A stretch of 51,710 nucleotides of DNA, taken from the NCBI GenBank assembly GCA_051453625.1, contig JBOZIK010000001.1, forward strand, positions 3,998,322 through 4,050,031, given 5' to 3'. Origin of the DNA: Welwitschia mirabilis. Its lineage: Eukaryota. The notes under the pieces were generated by a model, which was not told where the DNA came from, ran no database searches, and saw only the letters and a list, made by a program, of their open reading frames with translations. Every line of letters begins with the position of its first letter. The first letter of the stretch is position 1. Positions 12,334-24,512 of the stretch are shown here, one piece after another. The translations under genes and the position numbers were made by a program.

Positions 12334-14072
12334 TCAGTCGGACTCTGAAGATCCAAAAGATTAAGCACCCTCAAAAAGAGATGTATCAGTAACTGGATTC
12401 CTATTGGCAATCAGGGCATCCATGATGTGACGCATCCTCAAATTGATATAATGCAGAAGATGGAGGATTTTTGGGGTCTGAGAGGCCTTAACCTTAGGCC
12501 TAGAAGGACTAGTAGGTTATTTAAAAAAGTAAATCCTTAAAAGTGTGCCACGATCTATAGGCCTCATGGGCTTCTGAATCTCCTGCTTGGTGAGGTGAGG
12601 AATGTCAAAGTCATAATACATCCTAAATATGAGGAAAGGATAAGGTAGGACACATTGTTTATGTGGCTAAAGCTGGTTAACCATATGTTTAAGCATGATT
12701 GCAAGGGCATCTAAGTCTCTTTGCTAGTCTAGCACATATATGAAATAGACCCGATAGTTTGAAAGCTCATCTCTGTGCTTGGAAACTAAGAAAAAGTTAT
12801 AAGACATGATCAGATGCAGAAGACAAAATTTTAAAAGAAGTTGGGAAGCTTTGAGATTCTTTTTCCATGNNNNNNNNNNNNNNNNNNNNNNNNNNNNNNN
12901 NNNNNNNNNNNNNNNNNNNNNNNNNNNNNNNNNNNNNNNNNNNNNNNNNNNNNNNNNNNNNNNNNNNNNNNNNNNNNNNNNNNNNNNNNNNNNNNNNNNN
13001 NNNNNNNNNNNNNNNNNNNNNNNNNNNNNNNNNNNNNNNNNNNNNNNNNNNNNNNNNNNNNNNNNNNNNNNNNNNNNNNNNNNNNNNNNNNNNNNNNNNN
13101 NNNNNNNNNNNNNNNNNNNNNNNNNNNNNNNNNNNNNNNNNNNNNNNNNNNNNNNNNNNNNNNNNNNNNNNNNNNNNNNNNNNNNNNNNNNNNNNNNNNN
13201 NNNNNNNNNNNNNNNNNNNNNNNNNNNNNNNNNNNNNNNNNNNNNNNNNNNNNNNNNNNNNNNNNNNNNNNNNNNNNNNNNNNNNNNNNNNNNNNNNNNN
13301 NNNNNNNNNNNNNNNNNNNNNNNNNNNNNNNNNNNNNNNNNNNNNNNNNNNNNNNNNNNNNNNNNNNNNNNNNNNNNNNNNNNNNNNNNNNNNNNNNNNN
13401 NNNNNNNNNNNNNNNNNNNNNNNNNNNNNNNNNNNNNNNNNNNNNNNNNNNNNNNNNNNNNNNNNNNNNNNNNNNNNNNNNNNNNNNNNNNNNNNNNNNN
13501 NNNNNNNNNNNNNNNNNNNNNNNNNNNNNNNNNNNNNNNNNNNNNGGTAATGAAAGTAGATTGAGTTACATTATATTTGGCATTCGAGTAGAATAACTTG
13601 GTAAACAAAGGGTAACATGTGCTAGAAACATAAAGGAAATAACCCCAATTCACTTCTTCTAATAGAGTCTGAACTTACGTAAGGCTAAGAAATTGCATGG
13701 GTTCATAAGTTCTTTCTAATGAAATGGGGCTTATATTAAAATACTTCTCATAGTACCTTAGCTACTCTGTGCTCATCCTGGATGATACATAACTAAGTGA
13801 TTTGACTGCAACTTTCTTTATTCTCTTTCTAGATCCCTCTTCTNNNNNNNNNNNNNNNNNNNNNNNNNNNNNNNNNNNNNNNNNNNNNNNNNNNNNNNNN
13901 NNNNNNNNNNNNNNNNNNNNNNNNNNNNNNNNNNNNNNNNNNNTATATTAAAATACTTCTCATAGTACCTTAGCTACTCTGTGCTCATCCTAGATGATAC
14001 ATAACTAAGTGATTTGATTGCAGCTTTCTTTCTTCTCTTTCTAGATCCCTCTTCTAGCTAAGAAGAAGCCAT
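12334..14072 (-). pseudogene. Sirevirus env-like extra ORF (degenerate, gapped)
   Basis: MASS*LEEGSRKRRKK...NWGYFLYVSSTCYPLFTKLFYSNA...LPYPFLIFRMY...SSESD*. The YPxLxxxFYxN and LPY motifs are typical of these plant transposon extra ORFs. Located between pol and the 3' LTR in sense orientation. Confidence 0.75.
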
Positions 14073-14674
14073 TTAAATCCCAGATATGAGAAAAAACACA
14101 TGAAAAAAATGGAAGAGGATCCCTCAAAAGCTTAAAAAATGATAGAAAGAGGTAACAAAAGAATAAGACAAGAGAAAGGGGGTAGATTTTAAAAATACGC
14201 AGTGCACTACCTTAAATGTGAGCAACTGATTGGAAGGTTGGTTAACCTATGTAAAATTTTAAAAATCTAATTGTAAGGTGGTGGTTGACCCAAAGAATTT
14301 GGTATTTGATCCTACAAGAAGAAAAGTTTACAAACAAACTATAAATAAAACTCAGTTAACTTAAAAGAAATAAGAGGTCAATCTAATGTGACTGGAAAAA
14401 TCATCAGAATGAGGTCAACTGAAGTGAATTATGCAGTCGACCTAGTTTTTATAGGATTTTACAGAAAAAACTGGGACTTAATTAATAGATCCAACTTAAC
14501 GTATGATTAACCCAGTCAGTGGAAAATCTAACAGTTAATAAGTCTAAGAGAAAAGTAGTCATCCTAGTAAGAAAAGACATCGACTGAGTTTTAAATATAT
14601 ATATGGAAAGTNNNNNNNNNNNNNNNNNCACTGAAACTTATTATTTAGAGGAGGGTGGGTGAGGCAAGTCCTTT

Positions 14675-17600
14675 TTAGACTTGATGCCTAGAAAATAGTG
14701 CAGGGTTAAAAATCAATTTGAAGATAATGGTTTTGTAAAAATATCGGCCAATTGATCTTTTATGCAAATATATTCTAAATATATTATTTTCTTTTTTTAC
14801 TAATTTATGAATAAACTGGTACCTAATATCGATGTGTTTGGTGTAAGTATGTTGAACTAGATTGTGAGCTATTTGAATGGCATTTGAGTTGTCACAAAGG
14901 ATNNNNNNNNNNNNNNNNNNCAGTCCATAGTCTTTCAAGGTCTCTTTCATCTACAAGGTCTGATTGCAATAAGCTCGAACTGCTATGTACTCAGCTTTGT
15001 TTGTAGAAAGAGATGTAGAGCATTATTTCTTGTTATACCAGGATGTGAGACAATTTCCAAAGAAAAAGCATCCATCACTTATGCTCTTACGATCATCTTT
15101 GCATCTAGCCCAATCTGCATCACTATAACCTATTAAGCTTAAAGTAGTATCATTTGAAAACCATAAACTAAAATCTAGAGTACATTTAACATTGTAAAGT
15201 ATTCTCTTTATAGCTGTAAGATGTGATTCCTTAGGTTTACTTTGATACCTGGCACACAAACCAACACTAAAAGCTATATCTAGATGACTAGCCATGAGAT
15301 ATAATAGACTTTTAATAATACTACGATATACTTTTTGATCAACATCCTTGCCATATTTATCTAAAGAAAGTTTAACATTTGTGGCCATTGGAAAGTTCAT
15401 ATACTTTGCATTTTCTAGTTTGAAATTTTTAATTAAATCTAAAGAGTATTTCTTTTGATTGATAAAGATTCCCTCTTTACATTGCTGAATTTGTAAACCC
15501 AAAAACATATTTACATGTCCAACCATGCTCATTTCAAATTTAGAACTTATGCATTTTGCAAAATTATTTGACAAGCTTTCATTTGTTGATTAAAAATAAT
15601 ATCGTCAATGTAGATTTACACTAGACTTAAGTTATTATTCGAAACCTTTCAAAATAACATTCTATCAATGGATCATCTAGAAAAATCATGTTGAATTAAG
15701 AATGATGACAACTTCTCATATCAAGCCCTAGGAGCTTGTTTTAATCCATACAAAGCTTTGTTAAGTTTATAGACATATTTAAGATTGTGAGGATAAGAAA
15801 TACTTTAAGGCTACTTAACATAAACTTCTTCTTCAATATTTCCATTAAGAAAAGCNNNNNNNNNNNNNNNNNNNNNNNNNNNNNNNNNNNNNNNNNNNNN
15901 NNNNNNNNNNNNNNNNNNNNNNNNNNNNNNNNNNNNNNNNNNNNNNNNNNNNNNNNNNNNNNNNNNNNNNNNNNNNNNNNNNNNNNNNNNNNNNNNNNNN
16001 NNNNNNNNNNNNNNNNNNNNNNNNNNNNNNNNNNNNNNNNNNNNNNNNNNNNNNNNNNNNNNNNNNNNNNNNNNNNNNNNNNNNNNNNNNNNNNNNNNNN
16101 NNNNNNNNNNNNNNNNNNNNNNNNNNNNNNNNNNNNNNNNNNNNNNNNNNNNNNNNNNNNNNNNNNNNNNNNNNNNNNNNNNNNNNNNNNNNNNNNNNNN
16201 NNACAAAAGAAAGATATGAGTACTAAAGTTCTTAAGAGAATTTCTAGTAATGATACCTTGTTGAACATTTCCAATAATAGAATCCAAAGAATGATCCTTA
16301 AGTTTCTTAATTTCTAGAGTTGCTATATCTTTTGGGTTTTCATTTGTTTAATTAATAGAGTATTAGGGAAAAGGATTTTTGTCAAGGTTAATGGATTTTG
16401 AAGAATCTCAGATATTATTTATCTTGACATTAATTGATTCTTCCATATGAAGAGTTCTTTTGTTAAAGACTCTATAGGCTCTACTAGATTGAGAATATCC
16501 TAAAAAGATTCCTTTATCTGATTTAGCATAAAATTTAACAATTCTTTTCTATCTCTTAGAATGAATCATTTACTCCCAAAAGTTTTAAAATATGATATAT
16601 TTGGCTTCTTACCTTTTCAAAGTTCATAACATGTTTTGGATATTCCTGGCCTCAAATAAACTCTATTAGATATATGACATGCCGTCTTCACAGCTTCAAC
16701 TCAAAATAGTTTTGGGATGTTTTTATCATTTAGCATTACTCTAGCCATATCTAGTAAGGTCCAATTTTTCCTTTCAGCTATTCCATTTTGTTAAATAATT
16801 TTAGGGGCTGAAAATTCATGGCCAATTCCATTTGAGTTACAATAAATTTTAAATCTTTCATTTTTGAAATCTTTATCATGATCACTTCATATTTTTTTAA
16901 TTACATTCCCCTTCTCCGTTTAAAGCTTTTTGTAAATTTTAATAAGTTTTCATACGCATCAGATTTTGCATGAAGAAAAGATACCCGCAAAAATATAGAG
17001 AAATCGTTAACCATCACTAGAAAATATCTTTTTCCAAATAGACTCACAGTTTGGATAGGCCCAACTAAATCCATATGAATTAAGCCTAAAGGTTTACTAG
17101 TTGTGATATCACTAACCTTTTTGTGAGACATTCTAGTTTTTTTTCCCTTTTGACAAACATCACAAAGTCCTTTGTAAGAAAAAGAGATTTTAGGGAGACC
17201 CCTAACTATCTCATCACGACATAATTTCTTCAAAGAGTTAAAACTAATATGACCTAAACACTGATGCCAGATAATGTCATCTTGAGTATGAGATGATAGA
17301 CATGTAAAGTTATTCGATTGATTTACATAATACACATTTTCATATCTATTTGCTACCAGTAGAGGTTTATTAGTTTTTCCGTGTTTTACAATACATGAGT
17401 TTTTATCGAAAAAGACTTTATAACCCTTATCATAAATCTAATTAATGCTTAATAACTTATGCTTCAAAACATTGACAAATAAAACATTATAAATATNNNN
17501 NNNNNNNNNNNNNNNNNNNNNNNNNNNNNNNNNNNNNNNNNNNNNNNNNNNNNNNNNNNNNNNNNNNNNNNNNNNNNNNNNNNNNNNNNNNNNNNNGTTC

Positions 17601-20600
17601 TTTTGTTAAAAACTCTATAGGCTCTACTAGATTGAAAGTATCCTAAAAGGATTCCTTCATCTGATTTAGCATCAAATTTATCTAATTCTTCTTTATCTCT
17701 TAGAATGAAGCATTTACTTCCAAAATTTTTAAAATATGATATATTTGGTTTCTTACCTTTCCAATGTTTGTAAGGAGTTTTAGATGTTATCGATCTCAAA
17801 TAAACTCTATTAAATATATAACATGTCATGTTCATAGCATTAGTTCAAAATCATTTTAGGATGTTTTTATCATTTAGCATTACTCTAGCCATATCTAGTA
17901 AGGTACGATTTTTCCTTTTAGCTATTCCATTTTGTTGAGGGGTTTTAGGGGTTGAAAATTTATGGCCAATTCCATTTGAGTTGTAATAAATTTTGAAGCT
18001 TTCATTTTCAAACTCTTTTCCATGATCACTTTGTATTTTCTTTATTACATACCCCTTTTAGATTTAAAGCTTTTTAAAAATTTTAATAAAATTTCCATAG
18101 GCATCGGATTTTACATGAAGAAAAGCTACCCATGAAAATCTAGAGAAATCATCAAACATAACTAAAAAATATCTTTTACTAAATAGACTCAAAGTTTGGA
18201 TAGGCCTAACTAAATCTATATAAATTAAATCTAAGGGTTTACTAGTTGTGATATCACTAACCCTTTTGTGAGATGTTCTAGTTTGTTTTCCCTTTTGACA
18301 AGCATCACATAGCCCTTTATAAAAAAAAGAGATTTTAAGAGGACCCCTAATTATCTCATTATGACATAATTTCTTTAAAGATTCAAAACTAATATGACCT
18401 AAACACTGATGCCAGATAATGTCATCTTGAGTATGAGATGATAGACATGTAGAGTTATTCGATTGATTTACATAATACACATTTTCATATCTATTTGCTA
18501 CCAGTAGAGGTTTATTAGTTTTTCTGTGTTTTACAATACATGAGTTTTTATCGAAAAAGACTTTATAATCCTTATCATAAATCTAACTAATGCTTAATAA
18601 CTTATGCTTCAAAACATTGACAAATAAAACATTATAAATATTTGGTAAATTACCTCCACCGATGCTTTCAATTCCTTTAATTTGTGCTCTTCCATTATCT
18701 TCGTAAGTGAATTCTTCTCCATTGTATTTGTTGAAGCTGATGAAGTTTGATTTGTCACCTATCATACGTCTTGAGCAACTACTATTTAGATATCAACATG
18801 AATGATTAGTTTCTTTTAAATCTATTTGGATCAATAGGATCTTAGATATGAACTTAGGAATCCACCTCAGACATTTGTTTCTGTTTGTAACATGATGATA
18901 ATTTTTGATAAACATAAACTTAGATCCTAAAAGGGAGTGTAGAAACTGACTTTTGCTAAAGACACAATCAATCTTAAAGTGATCCTTTTTTTTGCAATAG
19001 TGGTAGCTGATATTAGCTAAAGAATTCTTGGAATCTCCCTTAGATAAAGATTTGAAATGAGAGAAATGATAAGAATTGAAGGAGCTAGGGAATTATTTTT
19101 TGGAGGCTTGATCCTTTATTCTATAGGAAGTTGATGCAAGGCTATTTTTCAAGTCATTGACTGCCTTTTCCCTAATCTCAAGCTTATTTAGAAGAATCTT
19201 ATTTTCTTTTCTAAGTTGGTTTAATCTATGAGATAGATTTTGGCATTCCAAATATAATTCCAATTCAATATCATTAAACATATCTTTACTAATGACTAAA
19301 TCAATATGAGAAGTAGAACATACCTTTTAATTAATGATCATCATGAGAGAGATACCACCATGTTCTAAATCTGAGTTTTATTTACTTTCACTTTCATCAT
19401 CATCTCATGTTGTAGACAAGACTTTCTTTTCCTTTTTTCATCCTTTCTATTATTTGGGAAGACATTTGAAGTATGACCAAAATCTTTGCAGCAATAGCAT
19501 TAAATCTTGTGACATCCTTTATCTTTCCTTCTTGGTGGTCTTCTAGACTAACCTCCACCTTGTCGTCTTTGCATGAAGTATCTAAATCTTCTAGCTAAGA
19601 GGGATACTTCATCATGCTTTCTAGTTCTAGGTCAGACTCATCCTTGATTTTGGGAACTTCATGTGTGGAAGATAGTACCACACTCTTCTTCTTCTGCTTT
19701 CCAAATTTCAGCTTAAAAGTATGAAGGTTCCATTGGAGTTCATCCAATTTTATGATGTCTAGGTTCTTACTTTCTTCTATAGTGATCACTTTTGATTCCA
19801 ACCTTTTTAGTAGAGATCTTAAGGCTTTGCAAACCACTCTTTATTCTTCAATTGATTCACCTAATCCATGCATAGAATTTACAATATCTGTTAGTTTTAC
19901 AAAGAAATCATTTATACCTTCATCATCTTCCNNNNNNNNNNNNNNNNNNNNNNNNNNNNNNNNNNNNNNNNNNNNNNNNNNNNNNNNNNNNNNNNNNNNN
20001 NNNNNNNNNNNNNNNNNNNNNNNNNNNNNNNNNNNNNNNNNNNNNNNNNNNNNNNNNNNNNNNNNNNNNNNNNNNNNNNNNNNNNNNNNNNNNNNNNNNN
20101 NNNNNNNNNNNNNNNNNNNNNNNNNNNNNNNNNNNNNNNNNNNNNNNNNNNNNNNNNNNNNNNNNNNNNNNNNNNNNNNNNNNNNNNNNNNNNNNNNNNN
20201 NNNNNNNNNNNNNNNNNNNNNNNNNNNNNNNNNNNNNNNNNNNNNNNNNNNNNNNNNNNNNNNNNNNNNNNNNNNNNNNNNNNNNNNNNNNNNNNNNNNN
20301 NNNNNNNNNNNNNNNNNNNNNNNNNNNNNNNNNNNNNNNNNNNNNNNNNNNNNNNNNNNNNNNNNNNNNNNNNNNNNNNNNNNNNNNNNNNNNNNNNNNN
20401 NNNNNNNNNNNNNNNNNNNNNNNNNNNNNNNNNNNNNNNNNNNNNNNNNNNNNNNNNNNNNNNNNNNNNNNNNNNNNNNNNNNNNNNNNNNNNNNNNNNN
20501 NNNNNNNNNNNNNNNNNNNNNNNNNNNNNNNNNNNNNNNNNNNNNNNNNNNNNNNNNNNNNNNNNNNNNNNNNNNNNNNNNNNNNNNNNNNNNNNNNNNN

Positions 20601-20903
20601 NNNNNNNNNNNNNNNNNNNNNNNNNNNNNNNNNNNNNNNNNNNNNNNNNNNNNNNNNNNNNNNNNNNNNNNNNNNNNNNNNNNNNNNNNNNNNNNNNNNN
20701 NNNNNNNNNNNNNNNNNNNNNNNNNNNNNNNNNNNNNNNNNNNNNNNNNNNNNNNNNNNNNNNNNNNNNNNNNNNNNNNNNNNNNNNNNNNNNNGTTCAA
20801 TGGATTGAACAAAGACTCTCATCTTTACTTTCCAATAACCATAATTTGTTCTATCGAAGAAGGGAGGTCTTGTGATAGGGTTTCCTTTAGTGGGTTTACT
20901 CAT
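14675..20903 (-). pseudogene. gag-pol: Ty1/copia gag-pol polyprotein of Sirevirus 1 (stops, frameshifts, gaps)
   Basis: gag: RPPFFDRTNYGYWKVKM, with two decayed zinc knuckles. Protease: YLNSSCSRRMIGDK. GAG-pre-integrase: WHQCLGH...CDACQKGKQ. Integrase: HMDLVGP, TPQQNGIA, DKFDAKSDEG. RT: AFLNGNIEEEVYV, FEMSMVG, IGYSDADWA. RNase H: CDNSNAI...TKHIDIRY. Confidence 0.95.
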
Positions 20904-20954
20904 TCTCTAGGGATGAGTGGAGCAGAGATCTATTAGGATATATTACTCAACCTT

Positions 20955-20966
20955 TCTTTGATACCA
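20955..20966 (-). other. primer-binding site (tRNA-iMet) of Sirevirus 1
   Basis: Minus strand reads TGGTATCAAAGA, 2 nt from the 5' LTR end. Confidence 0.85.
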
Positions 20967-20968
20967 AT

Positions 20969-22201
20969 TAATAATTGAGGATTAACCCTAGAGGGGGTGA
21001 ATAGGTCTTTTAAGTTTTGTTTCNNNNNNNNNNNNNNNNNNNNNNNNNNNNNNNNNNNNNNNNNNNNNNNNNNNNNNNNNNNNNNNNNNNNNNNNNNNNN
21101 NNNNNNNNNNNNTTAGATTTCTTGTCCTAGCTAGCATATATTCACTTATAAGAATAAATGATATAAAAAAGGATGCACTCATGTTCAGATGTGATCTCTA
21201 AGAATAAATCTTTTCAGACTCACCAAATAATCTTTCACAACCAATGAGGATTTTATGACTTATCCTCAATTAAGAATAAATGATATAGAAAAGGATGCAC
21301 TAATATTCAGATGTGATCTCTAAGGTAAATCAATCTTAGATTTGACAAAATAGTATTGGTCGCCTCTAGTGATTAGAGAAAAGCTTTTATACATAAGATT
21401 TAATATATGATTATTTCCTCAAAAAGAAATGAACTGTTGAAATTTTCTAAGAAACTATTATGCTTTTACTAATGAACTGTTGTGTTCATAACGATTACAT
21501 TTTCAGGTCACATGGTTGAACTTTTATTATCTTTGGTCGACCATAACTGCGGTCACCCTTATTCTAATGTTCGGTCATCCTTGCTTGTCGCAGATTTCTT
21601 AATATAGGATATAGTGCAAATTTAGTCACCCTTATGAAAATACTTGGTCACCCTGAACATTTCTACCCAGTCGACCTTATGAGAGGAGATTCCTAGTAGA
21701 ACGCGATCGTTTGATCTTATTTTGTGCAGTCAGCCTGAAATCACCCAGTTCATGTTCTACTGATTGTTCTACGGTTGCTGTATAGTAACTGTTGGTCACC
21801 CATACTGCTATTAGATAGATTCTTACTACATATCATATAATCATACATATGAATCTCCTTAGTCAGCTATCTTTCTATTAGGTTGGATTTCACTATGTGT
21901 GTTGCGGTCTCCCATATGAAAGCATCTGATCACCGATACTGTTATTAGATTTGATCAGGCTGAGTGAAATACAGTCACCCGTGTGAGGATGGAAGTTGTG
22001 TTAATCAGTCTTCTTTATGTTGTCTTAGTTTAATCGCCTGGTAAGTCATGTGTGGTCGCCCGCTCCAGAAGCAGTATTATAGTTCTTGATCATTCGGTCA
22101 CCTAATCTGATAAATCAGTTGCCTAGTGCTAGAAGTTACCTGCACAAAAGAATAACTTACAAAAACTAATTAAATTAATCAATAACAATGGGTTATCAAC
22201 A
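20969..22201 (-). repeat. 5' LTR of Sirevirus 1 (~1.2 kb)
   Basis: Minus-strand start TGTTGATAACCC. Homologous to 10209-12071. Carries a GTCGCC/GTCACC/GTCGAC motif array. Confidence 0.93.
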
Positions 22202-22206
22202 TTCTA

Positions 22207-23993
22207 TTAAGTATTGTAAGTAATATTAGGTGAATTAACAAAATTATAGTAATAGGAATTAAATTCTAGAACACTTCTTTATCAAGCTAAAAATGTAACC
22301 ATTCATACTAATAACGAACTTGAAAAGTATTTATTAGAAACATAAAAAATAACTAGAGTACTAATTGCATGTTACTAATATTAAATAATATATACTTAAG
22401 TTATTTATATTTTAAATAATCTAAAAAGCACAAGGATATATAATATCGCAAATAACAAGAAAGCCTTTATTAACAATACAACTTTTCTTGGGTTAAATAT
22501 AGTAGTTGGTTCAGCAATCTAGTCTTAAAATATAATGCAATGCATTAAAAAATAAACAAATTATAACTAATGTAGTTATAGTTTAAGCCATCAGTAGCAA
22601 ATAGTTTCTATTACATGCCTAGAATACATGAATGCACTTAAACTTACATAAAAATATGATATGAGAATTGTGAAATCATTATAATCCCTAGTATGACCTA
22701 AGTAGTGGAGGGTGAAAGGAAATTTAATCAAATTCTAATGATGTTTCCAAGGCATTATGTGATATAATAAAGATGAGATAGATCAATTTTGGAGTATGTT
22801 GATGTAAGAATAAAACTTTAGGAATCCATAAGTAATTATAACATAGTATTCTAAGTTCCATGAGTCTAAGAATGTAATATTCAAGTTTCAGTAATCCAAG
22901 AAAGCATTGTTTAAAATCCAAGAACATACAACTAATGGAATCTAAGAATGTACTATCAAAAGGATGCCAAAAATACCCATTTATCTATAGGTTCATTCAT
23001 ATGACCAATATAAACCCTTTATATGGAATAAACCCTTTGAAATCGCAAAGACATCCTGTCATGCACAACTAGATGTGTCATAAAAATTAATCTAATTACT
23101 TTGAAAATTTATTTCCATGGCTAATGAGAGCTCTTTATGTGGCCCAACCCCTAAAGTAACATAATTTGATCACTTATCCAAGTTTATTCTAATCATAAAA
23201 TTTAATTCACAATCAAGATATTACATGCATAAGAAAAAACTTACAAGATCACATAAGAGAGTAAGAAAAATACATGAATGATATAAAAGATGTAGGACTC
23301 AAATGAAAAGCATAAAAAAGACGTAATAATTCCTTGGTACCATATGTTAAAATTTATATTTCCAAGATTTAAAATTTAATTACTTAAACTTTCAAAACTT
23401 TAAGATAGATCTCCACAAGGAAGTTTCAAGGCTAGATGATTTTTCCAAGGATTAAATCTAAAAAAATCTCCTATTCATAAAAACTCAAAAGAAGTGTTGA
23501 ATTTCAAGAGTCAAACAAGAACTACTATCTTTATAAAATGGTTTTTGATTTAACTTTTCCACTTCACACTTGGCCACTAGGTATAATAAATGATGATTAT
23601 GTTTACCATAAATAATAAATAATAAATGAGACATTAGCAGTAATAATAAAATATTTCATGAACATGGTAGTAGTTATAATTTAAGATATTTTTCAATATT
23701 TACTAAAAATAAAGAAGAATGAAATAACTCTAAATATTAAGCATCTCCATTTGTAATAATTACAAATCTAAAACTCATTTACATTTTCTAAAATAAGCAA
23801 TTAAATGAATAAAGCTAAGGCATTAATTACAACGACTACATAAAATAACAATTATGGGACTATTAGCTATAAAATATAACATCTAAGAATTACCATAAAA
23901 TATTATCTTTGTAAAATTTCATGTTATATTTTAACTTATTTATCAAGACATTTTAAACTTAAACCTTGATCATTAAAAATTTAGAATGTGACA
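22207..23993 (-). repeat. 3' LTR of the Tekay-like element, right part
   Basis: Collinear with ~26260-28054. Ends TTAGAATGTGACA. Confidence 0.9.
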
Positions 23994-24028
23994 TTTCTTC
24001 ATTCCTTAAGAGGTTTTCTTCTAGAAAT
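23994..24028 (-). other. PPT and Tekay-type 3' motif
   Basis: Minus strand reads ATTTCTAGAAGAAAACCTCTTAAGGAATGAAGAAA-TGTCAC. This is a decayed form of the ATTTCGAGGACGAAA..TTAAGGxGGGGAGAA-TGT end typical of Tekay/Del elements. Confidence 0.65.
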
Positions 24029-24099
24029 TATAAATTAGTAAAATATTTTACCTCTTCAGACTACTCTACCTCTGCTTATTCCCATGATAAGTTTCTCTT

Positions 24100-24358
24100 T
24101 AACAAGTTGAGGTGTAGTAAAATTAAATAATTTTAGTGTGTTTTGTGTACAAATCAATCATGCTTCTACATCTACCATGTTATTGACACCTTCAAAACTT
24201 GAAGGATTTGTACTTTTAAATTACATCATCATTTTCTTAATAGAGTTATCATATTTCTTATCATTGTTATGCTCTTAAAGTTCACCTACTAAGTTGTTAA
24301 TTACTTTTACTAATGTTGTAACTTTAGTTAATCGATTTCCTACTCTTCTTGATGTCAT
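24100..24358 (-). pseudogene. gag: N-terminal gag remnant (chromovirus type)
   Basis: MTSRRVGNRL...FKSTNPSSFEGVNNMVDVEA*LICTQNTLKLF matches the F...NPP.F.G..D...AE.WL...E..F gag motif. Confidence 0.7.
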
Positions 24359-24496
24359 ATTAATCCTATGAAAATCAAAATACACATATTATAAATCCAT
24401 GTTAAATAGTTAAGTAAATACATAAACCTAATAATAGTTATGCCTAGTAAGTTCACGAGCTTAATAGTAATTATGCCCAATGAATTTGCCAATCTA

Positions 24497-24509
24497 GGCT
24501 CTAATACCA
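24497..24509 (-). other. primer-binding site (tRNA-iMet)
   Basis: Minus strand reads TGGTATTAGAGCC (canonical TGGTATCAGAGCC), 3 nt from the LTR end. Confidence 0.85.
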
Positions 24510-24512
24510 AAA

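Larger units (their letters stand above)
10209..22201 (-). mobile_element. full-length Sirevirus (SIRE/Maximus lineage, Ty1/copia), degenerate
   Basis: Two LTRs and a perfect 5-bp TSD TTCTA (10204-10208 and 22202-22206). Met-i PBS, gag-PR-INT-RT-RH order, extra env-like ORF, multiple PPTs, and the C-rich LTR-end motif CCTATTCACCCCCTCTAG. Confidence 0.95.

Noticed and set aside
13736-14054. ~108-bp direct repeat flanking a 100-N gap
   Set aside because: Both copies abut the placeholder gap, which is the typical unmerged contig overlap. The env-like frame reads through if the repeat is collapsed.
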